In this document: in pieces, positions 7,927-16,517 of the stretch
Position numbering within the stretch: the stretch's first letter is position 1
How the letters are laid out: every line of letters starts with the position of its first letter
Source of the DNA: a virus
Lineage: Duplodnaviria > Heunggongvirae > Uroviricota > Caudoviricetes
Virus record (IMG/VR): IMGVR_UViG_3300042885_000900
Direction: 5' to 3' (one strand)
Length of the DNA stretch: 64,000 nt
Made by a program: the position numbers and the translations under genes
The notes under the pieces: generated by a model
Told to the model about the DNA's origin: nothing
Database searches by the model: none
The model's input: the letters and a program-made list of their open reading frames with translations, nothing else

Positions 7927-9195
7927 TTATTGAGTCTTACCTTTGTAAGTAATTAGTGATTTCATTCTGTCAAACTCTTCTGATATTTGTTTTGATTGTT
8001 TAGGTTCTAACGACTCTAATTTAGCCATTAATTTAGACCCTTCATCTTCACCAGCATTATCATTAACAGTTGGTTGTGGAGCTTTATTGTAAGCTTTCTT
8101 TTTAATTTGACCCAATATATTCTTTTTCCTAATTGTATTTCGTTTTTTGTTAACATCGGATTCTCCAGTGTTAGCCCATTCCGGATTATTACCTGTTCTT
8201 GATGACCCCTCAATGTTATCTGTTATCCACTCTTCATTTGGATTTATTTCATCATACATTAAATTCTCTTGTCCTGCCGCTGTTAAATTATCAGTATACT
8301 CCTCAACAGCCCCTGATGGGATATAAGCCTTTTTATCCATTTTAGTTAACTCACCATTACCTTTTGGGAAAATTTTAGGTTCTGTAGTATAATCACCTTT
8401 AGAACCATCCTTTAGATATTCTTTCATTTTTTTTGTAACAGATTTAAGATAATCATCATTTTCTTTACCTGATTTTTTATGAATTTGAATTTGTTTATCT
8501 AAACCTTTAGGTGTACCCATAGATTTAATGTTTTTTTCTTTACTCTGTTCCATAATAACACTCTCAATTAACTCAATCATTTGACTTTCAGTTAATTTAA
8601 CAGACTCTTTGTGTTTACCCTCTTCACCCATCTCTAATTTTTTACTTTTTCTTAACATTTTAAAATCTTCAGTATCTAATCTATTGTTTTTATTTTTATC
8701 TAAAACTCTTTGATTCCCTTTTAAAGATTCACCCATCTCCGATTTTTTACTTTTTCTCAACATTTTAAAATCTTCAGTATCTAATCGGTTATTTTTATTT
8801 TTATCTAAAACTTTTTGATTTCCTTTTAAAGATTCATTAACATCAGTTCCACAAAATTTTTCAATTCTATCTTTGGGAGCGTTATTTTCTTTATGCCATT
8901 TACAAGCCTCTTCATCATAATCATAATTACCGTCGGAATCAACCTCACCTTCTTCTTCTTCAATATAGTCGAAAGATTGACTTTTTGGGAATTTTTTTGA
9001 AACATCGTAAATTCCTTCACCACACTCTGAACATTCTCCTTCATACATCATTCCACCACACTCACAAATATTAGATTCTTTCTCATCCATACTAGTTTTT
9101 ATTTTAGAGACTAAATTATCTGCTCTTTCTTCTAAAGTTTCATTTAAAATTTTAGACACTAAATTTTCTAAATAAGTCGTATTTAATTTTTTCAT
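7927..9195 (-). CDS. Putative internal head/scaffold-type protein with duplicated EF-hand-like repeat
   Basis: ILNE, LTESQMIELIESVIMEQ and ISEE motifs; CECGG...CSECG; DKNKNNRLDTEDF twice; TATTTATA at 9209-9216. Confidence 0.6.
   Translation of the reverse strand: MKKLNTTYLENLVSKILNETLEERADNLVSKIKTSMDEKESNICECGGMMYEGECSECGEGIYDVSKKFPKSQSFDYIEEEEGEVDSDGNYDYDEEACKWHKENNAPKDRIEKFCGTDVNESLKGNQKVLDKNKNNRLDTEDFKMLRKSKKSEMGESLKGNQRVLDKNKNNRLDTEDFKMLRKSKKLEMGEEGKHKESVKLTESQMIELIESVIMEQSKEKNIKSMGTPKGLDKQIQIHKKSGKENDDYLKSVTKKMKEYLKDGSKGDYTTEPKIFPKGNGELTKMDKKAYIPSGAVEEYTDNLTAAGQENLMYDEINPNEEWITDNIEGSSRTGNNPEWANTGESDVNKKRNTIRKKNILGQIKKKAYNKAPQPTVNDNAGEDEGSKLMAKLESLEPKQSKQISEEFDRMKSLITYKGKTQ
8626..8835 (-). 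repeat. 105-nt (35-aa) tandem duplication
   Basis: ESLKGNQ(K/R)VLDKNKNNRLDTEDFKMLRKSKK(S/L)EMG twice. Confidence 0.92.
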
Positions 9196-9208
9196 TTTTT
9201 GTTTTTAT

Positions 9209-9216
9209 TATAAATA
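9209..9216 (-). promoter_or_regulatory. Putative late-promoter motif TATTTATA
   Basis: 13 nt upstream of ATG 9195, followed by an A-rich leader. Confidence 0.6.
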
Positions 9217-9218
9217 TA

Positions 9219-10004
9219 TTATTTTTTATTTAAAAGCATTTTTTCGTACTCATAAGAGATAATTGTTTTAATAACATTTTCACTTATATTATGTTTTTCA
9301 CTAATATTTTGAATCGCTTTCTTAACCATATCATTCTCATATAGTTTTAAAGACTTAATGTCACCTTGATTACAATATGGAAATTTTTTACATTTTTTCT
9401 TAACTTGAACAAATTTTCCACCAGGGATTTGAGTTTTAGAAGCACCTCTCCAATCTTTTTTACTTGGTGATTTAGCCCAAGCCGCGGGAGTTTCATATGA
9501 ACCAGATGAACCCGAACCTGTAGATTCAGTTGCCTCAACTTTTTTAATATCACCATCTTCATCTTCTTTTATACAGTTAGGCACCATTCTATCACCTTTC
9601 TTTTTTACACCTTTTTGTTGATATCCTACCCAACATTTTTCTTGCATTTCTTGTTTGGTTGTTGAAAATAATGGTCCTTCAAATCCACCAGCTGAAGATG
9701 CACCCATAGATTCAGTTGCCTCTTCTTTCTCACCCATAATAGGTAAGGATGATGATAATTTACCAACAGGTTTTTTTAATTTAGTATTACCAACTAATTT
9801 AGTTGCAATCCCCTTATTAATTGGTCTCTTAATCATGTCTAATTTTTTATTTTTTTTATTTGATTCACCTAACTCTTTTGTTATGTCTTGAGCAGCAATT
9901 ATAGTATCAACCACATATCCGTCCTTATAAGGAGCTGTTTGGGTTACTTCACCATTAATTTTCTTCTTTAAATCATCAGACATTTCATCTTCTTCTATTT
10001 TCAT
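9219..10004 (-). CDS. Putative head-associated protein
   Basis: CWVGYQQKGVKKKGDRMVPNC motif; repeated ES.G..S.G.(F/Y)E.P units. Confidence 0.55.
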   Translation of the reverse strand: MKIEEDEMSDDLKKKINGEVTQTAPYKDGYVVDTIIAAQDITKELGESNKKNKKLDMIKRPINKGIATKLVGNTKLKKPVGKLSSSLPIMGEKEEATESMGASSAGGFEGPLFSTTKQEMQEKCWVGYQQKGVKKKGDRMVPNCIKEDEDGDIKKVEATESTGSGSSGSYETPAAWAKSPSKKDWRGASKTQIPGGKFVQVKKKCKKFPYCNQGDIKSLKLYENDMVKKAIQNISEKHNISENVIKTIISYEYEKMLLNKK

Positions 10005-10007
10005 TTT

Positions 10008-10253
10008 CTACGCGTTTTTAAGTCTTGTTTCCCAAAAACTTCGTTGATTCCACATTACACTATATAATTCTCTGAATGACCTAATTACAATGTCTTTAAC
10101 CTCTACTTCAAGTTTCCCTCGTTTTATTTCACGACCTATCATTTCAATAAGTTTTTGTTCATATTGTTTCATTGTGGTTGTGCCAAAGAAATCTTTAATT
10201 TCTTTTCTCATCATAACCTCAATCTCTTTTTTTTCCGCTGCTGTAAATGCCAT
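10008..10253 (-). CDS. Hypothetical protein (81 aa)
   Basis: Tiled ORF. Confidence 0.72.
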   Translation of the reverse strand: MAFTAAEKKEIEVMMRKEIKDFFGTTTMKQYEQKLIEMIGREIKRGKLEVEVKDIVIRSFRELYSVMWNQRSFWETRLKNA

Positions 10254-10254
10254 T

Positions 10255-10659
10255 TTATTTAAGTATTAATAAGTATGTTGAAGTTATTACTCCGGCAAAC
10301 GTTCCAAGTTTCCATAAAAAAGATTTAAATTTTTGTCCGGTAAGTTCTTTATGTAATTTATTAGATAATTCTTCAGAGATTTTTAATTGTTCGTCTTTTT
10401 TACCTAATATAAAATTATTATTATTGTCTTTCTCTTCTAATAATGAAATTTGGACATCTTTTTGTTTTTCTCTTTCTTCAGTTTTAATTAATTTTTCTTG
10501 AGTTAATTTTAATTCAATATTACACCCATCACCCTTAATAATATCTTTAATGACTAATTTGGCAATTGGTGTTTTAATTTTTACCGTTGTTGTATCTATT
10601 TGTGAAAAACTGCTCAAGCTCGTTAGCAGTAAGAGTATCGACACTATTAATTTTTTCAT
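10255..10659 (-). CDS. Secreted coiled-coil protein with C-terminal TM; spanin-like candidate
   Basis: Signal peptide MKKLIVSILLLLTSLSSFS|Q, coiled coil, C-terminal hydrophobic helix; overlaps upstream gene by 86 nt. Confidence 0.55.
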   Translation of the reverse strand: MKKLIVSILLLLTSLSSFSQIDTTTVKIKTPIAKLVIKDIIKGDGCNIELKLTQEKLIKTEEREKQKDVQISLLEEKDNNNNFILGKKDEQLKISEELSNKLHKELTGQKFKSFLWKLGTFAGVITSTYLLILK

Positions 10660-10933
10660 TAGTTTGTTTTTTAATTATTGTTATATTATTATCTATGTGG
10701 TTAATATCTTTTGTTAAATTAATAACATTACCTTTCACAGAATCAATCTTAATATCAATTCCTTTGTTAACCAATTTAGTCGAATCAATTTTAGTTTGAA
10801 GGGACTCTATTTTATTTTTATACGATTTAACATCAGTTTTAATCCCGTTTGTTGTGAAAATATTATATCCACATAAAACAATAAGAATCACTAATAAAAT
10901 ATTCTGTTTATTATCACCAATAACATCTCTCAT
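10574..10933 (-). CDS. N-terminal TM plus coiled-coil protein; i-spanin (Rz)-like candidate
   Basis: ILLVILIVLCGYNIF TM followed by heptad-rich region. Confidence 0.55.
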   Translation of the reverse strand: MRDVIGDNKQNILLVILIVLCGYNIFTTNGIKTDVKSYKNKIESLQTKIDSTKLVNKGIDIKIDSVKGNVINLTKDINHIDNNITIIKKQTNEKINSVDTLTANELEQFFTNRYNNGKN

Positions 10934-10938
10934 TATTA

Positions 10939-11538
10939 TTATGTTTTAATTGTTTTTTTTCTTGATGCTAAAATTTTAGCCCATTTTGATTTAAATTTCT
11001 CATAAAAAGTTTTTAACTTATTAATCATTTCTAAAAATTCGTCATCAGCCTTTATCATTTCACCATTAATATAAACACCACTTTCTTCACCAATTGATAA
11101 GAAAAAATCAACATCATAGTCAATTAATTTACCTGACCATTCAACATTATTTGGATAAATATTTAATTTGTTAAAATCTACTAAATCAGACACTTCAGCA
11201 ATAAATTCATCCATTGTTTCTTGGAAAGCAATTTTTTCATCTGTAGTTAATTCTAAATCAGTTTGTTCTTTACCATGTAAGACTAAAATCCCACCTGAAA
11301 TTCTATACCCTTGTGTTTTATCATCTTTACTTTCATTATCGTCGTCAATTGTATCTTCAACAGATTTAGTTACATCATATTTTTTAGTGATATCACCTGA
11401 AGACACTTCAGTTTCTTGTTCAGTAATAACGCCATATTTTTGTCTAATATTATTAATATCTTCATTAATGGTATCGTTGGATAACATTTTTCTAGAAGCA
11501 TTAAGTAAATTTCTTATTTCATCATGTGAGTTGTTCAT
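10939..11538 (-). CDS. Hypothetical protein, possible virion-internal protein
   Basis: TINE and VITEQ motifs in N-terminus; acidic. Confidence 0.65.
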   Translation of the reverse strand: MNNSHDEIRNLLNASRKMLSNDTINEDINNIRQKYGVITEQETEVSSGDITKKYDVTKSVEDTIDDDNESKDDKTQGYRISGGILVLHGKEQTDLELTTDEKIAFQETMDEFIAEVSDLVDFNKLNIYPNNVEWSGKLIDYDVDFFLSIGEESGVYINGEMIKADDEFLEMINKLKTFYEKFKSKWAKILASRKKTIKT

Positions 11539-12127
11539 ATTCTATTTTTTTTAAAAATTCTTCAAAATTAAATGCGGGGCTAACATCTGTAAAATTAGTG
11601 TTAAAATTACTTTTAGTTACCACCCCACAATATTTTTCAATACCGGTTATTTTTGTATTATGTTCGACTATTTGACGTTTAATTGACATATCTTTAAATA
11701 ATTCATTACATAATTTTGATGTACTATCAACTTGTATAGAAGTATAAGGTTGCCAAAAATAGTAGTCTCTCCATTTTTTTTCAAACACATTACCCTTATA
11801 AATATCACCAATCCAGTTAACGTAATGATTAGTTAAAGGTTCTTTGTGTAACCACCCTAAATTTTCTAAAGAAATGATTATAGAATTTCTATTTATATTG
11901 GGATTTGAGAAATAGTCGGTGTGCCCTTCATTCCCTAATAACTGTAGTATTTTACCCTCTCTGGTTATAATATAATTGGGTATTCTGTTATATTTACCGT
12001 TATTTCTATATTTTAATAATTGTAAATAATCATTAATATTTCTAGATGTATGAGTTAGAATTATTTGATATTTCTTTTTTTGTTTTCCTTTTGGTTTAAA
12101 ATCACCATAATTAATAATGTCCACCAT
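11522..12127 (-). CDS. Amidase_2 (N-acetylmuramoyl-L-alanine amidase)-like protein, probably lacking zinc ligands
   Basis: IILTHTS, PNYIITREGKI, NSIIISLEN, QPYT..Q..S...L and TDVSP.F segments follow the Amidase_2 layout. Confidence 0.7.
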   Translation of the reverse strand: MVDIINYGDFKPKGKQKKKYQIILTHTSRNINDYLQLLKYRNNGKYNRIPNYIITREGKILQLLGNEGHTDYFSNPNINRNSIIISLENLGWLHKEPLTNHYVNWIGDIYKGNVFEKKWRDYYFWQPYTSIQVDSTSKLCNELFKDMSIKRQIVEHNTKITGIEKYCGVVTKSNFNTNFTDVSPAFNFEEFLKKIEYEQLT

Positions 12128-12154
12128 ATAATATAATGTAAAAAATTTATTTGA

Positions 12155-13144
12155 TTACGATGTTTTTACATAACTTAATCTAACAATATCGTCAACAACT
12201 TCTTCTATTGGTTCCTCTACGACATCCTCGATTGGTTCTTCAATTAGTTCTTCAACGACTTCCTCGATTGGTTCCTCGATTAGTTCTTCAACGACTTCCT
12301 CGATTGGTTCCTCGATTGGTTCTTCCACAACTTCTTCTATAGGTTCCTCGATTAGTTCTTCAACGACTTCCTCGATTAGTTCTTCAACGACTTCCTCGAT
12401 TGGTTCCTCGATTGGTTCTTCCACAACTTCTTCTATAGGTTCCTCGATTAGTTCTTCAACGACTTCCTCGATTGGTTCCTCGATTGGTTCTTCCACAACT
12501 TCTTCTATTGATTCCTCGATTGGTTCTTCAACAACTTCTTCTATTGGCCCCTCAAACACATCTGATTGTACAATATTTTTCGTATAATCCAATTCAGTCA
12601 CTGTAAATTCATCGATTATAACACCAGAAGATTCTTCAATAACACTAACAGGTATCACATTTTTATTACTTTCATCAATCAATTCATCATATTTTACAAA
12701 GAAATGTAATGAAGTTAATGATATAATTGGTAATAAACCACCACTTAAAAAGGCTAACCATCTTTTCAATGATACTATATCAGTAAGGTCTGAACCAAAC
12801 ATTTCCCATATAGGTCCTGTCAACTCTACCCACGACTTAAATAACACACTATTTGCGTCAATCTCTTTATAGGAAAAGAATATATTACCAATCATTTGTA
12901 TGAAAGTCACCATACCAAACATAAACCAAACACCACCTTTAATTTTATTTGTGGCCGCTAACAATGCTGTCATAGCTCCTATCTCAATCGCAATTGATAA
13001 ATATATTGCCCAACTAATTGGATTTGTTAAATTATACCACGAAACAACATGCGATATTGATATTCCCGCAACCAAAAAAATCGGAACTAAAAACATAGCC
13101 CTGATTGGATGAGCCTTAACCCATTCTAATATTGTTTTTTTCAT
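12155..13144 (-). CDS. Multi-pass membrane protein with acidic repeat tail
   Basis: About four hydrophobic helices, then EEPIEEVV-type repeats. Confidence 0.75.
   Translation of the reverse strand: MKKTILEWVKAHPIRAMFLVPIFLVAGISISHVVSWYNLTNPISWAIYLSIAIEIGAMTALLAATNKIKGGVWFMFGMVTFIQMIGNIFFSYKEIDANSVLFKSWVELTGPIWEMFGSDLTDIVSLKRWLAFLSGGLLPIISLTSLHFFVKYDELIDESNKNVIPVSVIEESSGVIIDEFTVTELDYTKNIVQSDVFEGPIEEVVEEPIEESIEEVVEEPIEEPIEEVVEELIEEPIEEVVEEPIEEPIEEVVEELIEEVVEELIEEPIEEVVEEPIEEPIEEVVEELIEEPIEEVVEELIEEPIEDVVEEPIEEVVDDIVRLSYVKTS
12195..12560 (-). repeat. Degenerate 12/24-nt coding tandem repeat (EEPI/EEVV/EELI)
   Basis: cctcgattggtt / cttcaacgactt units repeated on + strand. Confidence 0.9.
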
Positions 13145-13410
13145 TTCTCTATTTTAGAAATTTCTTTATCAATTTCTGATTGTCTATTAACATCCATAAT
13201 TTTTCTATCCGTAGACTGAATCATTCTTCTTTCTGTTTTTAAACCTTCAACTTTAATTTCTTTTTTTAAATTAACTTCTAATGATTCAACATTTTTAGTT
13301 AATTTTTCAATTTTAGTGTTAGTACCACAAGTTTTAAAAAATACAATTACCACCAGTAATGTCATTATTCTAATACCCCAATCGTCAATAAATTTTAATA
13401 TTGTTTTCAT
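13141..13410 (-). CDS. Small N-terminal TM plus coiled-coil protein
   Basis: IMTLLVVIVFFKTCG segment. Confidence 0.7.
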   Translation of the reverse strand: MKTILKFIDDWGIRIMTLLVVIVFFKTCGTNTKIEKLTKNVESLEVNLKKEIKVEGLKTERRMIQSTDRKIMDVNRQSEIDKEISKIEK

Positions 13411-13442
13411 AATTTTTAAATTAGTTTTACTATAAAAGTAAA

Positions 13443-13480
13443 AAACCTTCTATCATAATAAATAGAAGGTTTCTTTTTTT
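13443..13480. terminator. Intrinsic terminator after sigma gene (probably bidirectional)
   Basis: aaaccttctat (13443-13453) / atagaaggttt (13462-13472) with T/A tracts on both sides. Confidence 0.8.
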
Positions 13481-14281
13481 TTACATATAATCGAAAAGTA
13501 TCGAACTCTCATTCCTTAATTTTCTTAAGGCTTTTTCCTTAATCTGTCTTACCCTTTCTTTAGTAAGATTAAAATCACCACCAATGTCTTCTAAAGTCCT
13601 TGGAGTACCCGTCAACCCAAAATAATCACCAACAATAGTTTTCTCTCGATTATCTAAAACATCTAATAAAGAAATTAATTGTTTTTTTAATTCATCTTTA
13701 GTGTTAAAAATTGCGTCGGGCATATCTGCCTGTTCATTCTTTATAATATCAACTAAAGTATCTCCATCCTCATTAATACCCATATCTAAATCAACAATAG
13801 ATGGTAAATTTTGAAACTTGTCCGAGAGTTTACCCCCATTAGACTCAATCTCTTTTTTAGCTCTCTGTAAATCCTGAACCACATTAACCGGAAGTCTAAT
13901 CGTTCTAGCGTTATCATTTAACGATTGGAGGATAGACTGTTTGACCCACCACACAGCGTATGATATAAATCTTAAATCTCTTGACCAATCAAAATGATTA
14001 ATAGCCTTCATAAGACCTAAATTACCTTCAGCAATTAAATCAGGAAAATCTAACCCTTGGTTTTGATATTGTTTCGCCACCGTAATAACAAAACGCAAAT
14101 TTCCCTCAAGTAATTCTTTATTAATCGATTCCAATTCTTTTTCTGTTAGACCTCCCGAACTAATTAATTTGGATAACTCTCTTTCCCTATCAGGAGTCAT
14201 CACTTTAATCTTACGAATGTCTTTTAAATACAGTTGTATTTCTTCTTGATTAATTGGAATCCCCGAATTTTTTTCTTTCAT
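13481..14281 (-). CDS. RNA polymerase sigma-70 family factor (RpoD-like, no region 1.1)
   Basis: NLRFVITVAKQYQNQG, EGNLGL, FISYAVWWVKQSI, TLEDIG...TKERVRQI; probable start MKEKNSG at 14281. Confidence 0.93.
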   Translation of the reverse strand: MKEKNSGIPINQEEIQLYLKDIRKIKVMTPDRERELSKLISSGGLTEKELESINKELLEGNLRFVITVAKQYQNQGLDFPDLIAEGNLGLMKAINHFDWSRDLRFISYAVWWVKQSILQSLNDNARTIRLPVNVVQDLQRAKKEIESNGGKLSDKFQNLPSIVDLDMGINEDGDTLVDIIKNEQADMPDAIFNTKDELKKQLISLLDVLDNREKTIVGDYFGLTGTPRTLEDIGGDFNLTKERVRQIKEKALRKLRNESSILFDYM

Positions 14282-14282
14282 A

Positions 14283-14849
14283 TTATTTTGAGTATTGGTT
14301 AAGTAATTGTAATTCTTCTTCTGATAATGATTTAATTCCCTCATCGACTAATTTATCAAATAATTCGTCAAATGTTGGTTTTCTTTTCTTATATTTAAGT
14401 TGACTAATATCATCATCCTCATCTTCATCAACAAATTCAGAAAAATCTAAAAAGAATTCCGCTCTAATGTTATTCATTAACATATTTCGTACCTCATAAT
14501 CATTTTCATCACATATTTTGTTTTTACCTGACATATAGTCATTAACACCATCGTTAAATAGATGTTTTGCAACTTCATCTGGTAATCCGTATGACAAATT
14601 GTCATCTGTGTATGGTAATAAAATATAACTTATTGTGTCATAATCTAATATCATATCAATATAGTCTTTAACATCCAAATAGGAATCTAAAGTTGAGATT
14701 GTGTACACTGTCGATTCCGGACCAAAGTAAAAATTGACCTTTGGAACATCCGAAATAACACTTAATTCATCAGCAATTTGTTCTGCGAATTCTTGGGGGT
14801 TGTCGTTTTTTGTAAATACAAATAGAATGTATTTGGTTAAGTTCTCCAT
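14283..14849 (-). CDS. Hypothetical protein (188 aa)
   Basis: ORF co-oriented with sigma; TATCTTTG at 14881-14888 upstream. Confidence 0.78.
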   Translation of the reverse strand: MENLTKYILFVFTKNDNPQEFAEQIADELSVISDVPKVNFYFGPESTVYTISTLDSYLDVKDYIDMILDYDTISYILLPYTDDNLSYGLPDEVAKHLFNDGVNDYMSGKNKICDENDYEVRNMLMNNIRAEFFLDFSEFVDEDEDDDISQLKYKKRKPTFDELFDKLVDEGIKSLSEEELQLLNQYSK

Positions 14850-14880
14850 ATGTTATACGTTTAAGTTATAAATTATGTTA

Positions 14881-14888
14881 CAAAGATA
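14881..14888 (-). promoter_or_regulatory. Bacteroidota -7 element TATCTTTG
   Basis: caaagata on + strand in intergenic gap. Confidence 0.6.
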
Positions 14889-14924
14889 ATGAAATTAGTT
14901 TAATAAAAATATTTTTTTATATAA

Positions 14925-15764
14925 TTAAGTTGTTCCATTTTTTATTTCACACAAAACTTTCTCTAATCTTCGTTTTTCTATATCACAATATTCTTTAGAT
15001 ATTTCAGACCCAATATAACTTCTTTCAATTAATATACACATTTTTGATGTTGTACCGCTACCCATAAATGGGTCATAAATAATATCACCCTCATTTGACC
15101 AAGACTCTAAATGTTTTTTCACTAACTCTTCAGGAAATATCGCCGGATGTTCAAATGCCATTTTATCATTAGTAGAATTTCCACCCCCAACATAAAAATC
15201 CCATATATTATAATCTGGTACTCTATCTTTAACAAAATAATCATTTTCATTAAATTCACCATCTTTATTTCTTGAGAATTTCTTTTTTCTATAAGTTCTT
15301 TTATCATCACATTTATTACTTCTATCTCTTAACGCTATATTTGTTGTTGTCGGTTTACCTTTTGAAAATACAAACATATATTCAAACATTTGTTGGTATC
15401 TAGCACCAGCATTTGGTGGTGGATTTAATTTTCGGTATACCATAGTATCGTGAATATTAAATCCAATTTCTTTAAAAAACAACGCCTGTCTAAATGAGGT
15501 ACCAGTCTCCGACCCATTTTTAACAGCATCCGAAACAACCCAAACAACAATACCACCTTTTTGAGTAACCCTAAAAAGTTCTTTAGCTATATCCTCAAAA
15601 GGAAATGAGTACCCATTATATTCATCTTTATTTTTACCGACATTTTTATTGTAAGTCCTTAAATCATCGTAAGGTGGTGAAGTAACTGTTAATTTTATAA
15701 AATTATCAGACATTTTTTTCATTGTGTCTAAACAACTTTCGTTATAGGTTTTATTTAATTCCAT
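14925..15764 (-). CDS. Beta-class N4-cytosine/N6-adenine DNA methyltransferase
   Basis: Catalytic TSPPY near N-terminus; HPA.FP; DPFMGSGTT near C-terminus. Confidence 0.9.
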   Translation of the reverse strand: MELNKTYNESCLDTMKKMSDNFIKLTVTSPPYDDLRTYNKNVGKNKDEYNGYSFPFEDIAKELFRVTQKGGIVVWVVSDAVKNGSETGTSFRQALFFKEIGFNIHDTMVYRKLNPPPNAGARYQQMFEYMFVFSKGKPTTTNIALRDRSNKCDDKRTYRKKKFSRNKDGEFNENDYFVKDRVPDYNIWDFYVGGGNSTNDKMAFEHPAIFPEELVKKHLESWSNEGDIIYDPFMGSGTTSKMCILIERSYIGSEISKEYCDIEKRRLEKVLCEIKNGTT

Positions 15765-16449
15765 TATTTTTTATTAAATTTAAACTTTTATCATAAATTT
15801 CGTCCCAATTTATACATTCAGATATTGCATCATAAAAATGATTTTGAATTCTATTATTTTTTTCTATTAACATAGCAAGTTCAACTATATCAATATCCAA
15901 ACCTAAATAAGATAAATATTCATTATTTGTATAGTATTTTATTTCAACATTATTTTTAATTTTAATTTTGCTACCACAAGCGTTAACCATACCAACACAT
16001 ACATCCACAACATATTTTTTTCCACACTTATTTGGATTTAAATTATCCGGTAATAAATTAAAAAATTCCTTGAATGTTTCATTTAACAAGCAATCAGACA
16101 TACATTCTAATGTTTTAGATTCCGATGTTGAATTAAAACTTGCGTTATTACCTTTTTGTTGACATAGAGAAATTTCTAATACATCCTTATTTTCATTATA
16201 ATTAACCGCCATTATATCAAGTTTTTTTAAATCTTGAGGTAATTTAATTAAAGTTCGTCTTTTTTGATTTTCAATTATTAAATCTTCTCGGATAATCGCT
16301 TTTATAGTATCTTTAGATGTCTTACTAAAATAACTTGAGTATTTTTTTTTTACCTCATTACGTAATTGTTCACCATTTAAATTTGATAAATCCATTGACA
16401 TTAATATTTCTAATATAATACTTGGGTCAGCTCCTTTTTTTGTTGTCAT
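15751..16449 (-). CDS. Putative PD-(D/E)XK type II restriction endonuclease-like protein
   Basis: LDIMAV...ISLCQQKGNNASFNS resembles D...QxK plus N-rich segment; overlaps MTase start; probable start MTTKK at 16449. Confidence 0.4.
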   Translation of the reverse strand: MTTKKGADPSIILEILMSMDLSNLNGEQLRNEVKKKYSSYFSKTSKDTIKAIIREDLIIENQKRRTLIKLPQDLKKLDIMAVNYNENKDVLEISLCQQKGNNASFNSTSESKTLECMSDCLLNETFKEFFNLLPDNLNPNKCGKKYVVDVCVGMVNACGSKIKIKNNVEIKYYTNNEYLSYLGLDIDIVELAMLIEKNNRIQNHFYDAISECINWDEIYDKSLNLIKNNGIK

Positions 16450-16493
16450 TTTATTAATTATATAATTTTTTAAAAAGATAATTAAAAAAAGAA

Positions 16494-16513
16494 TACCCAT
16501 CAAGAGATGGGTA
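16494..16513 (-). terminator. Intrinsic terminator after sbcC-like gene
   Basis: tacccatc-aaga-gatgggta with U-tract on - strand. Confidence 0.75.
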
Positions 16514-16517
16514 CTTT

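Noticed and set aside
12195-12560. Repeat array as a possible CRISPR
   Set aside because: Units are contiguous in-frame 12/24-nt coding repeats with no unique spacers, and there are no cas genes
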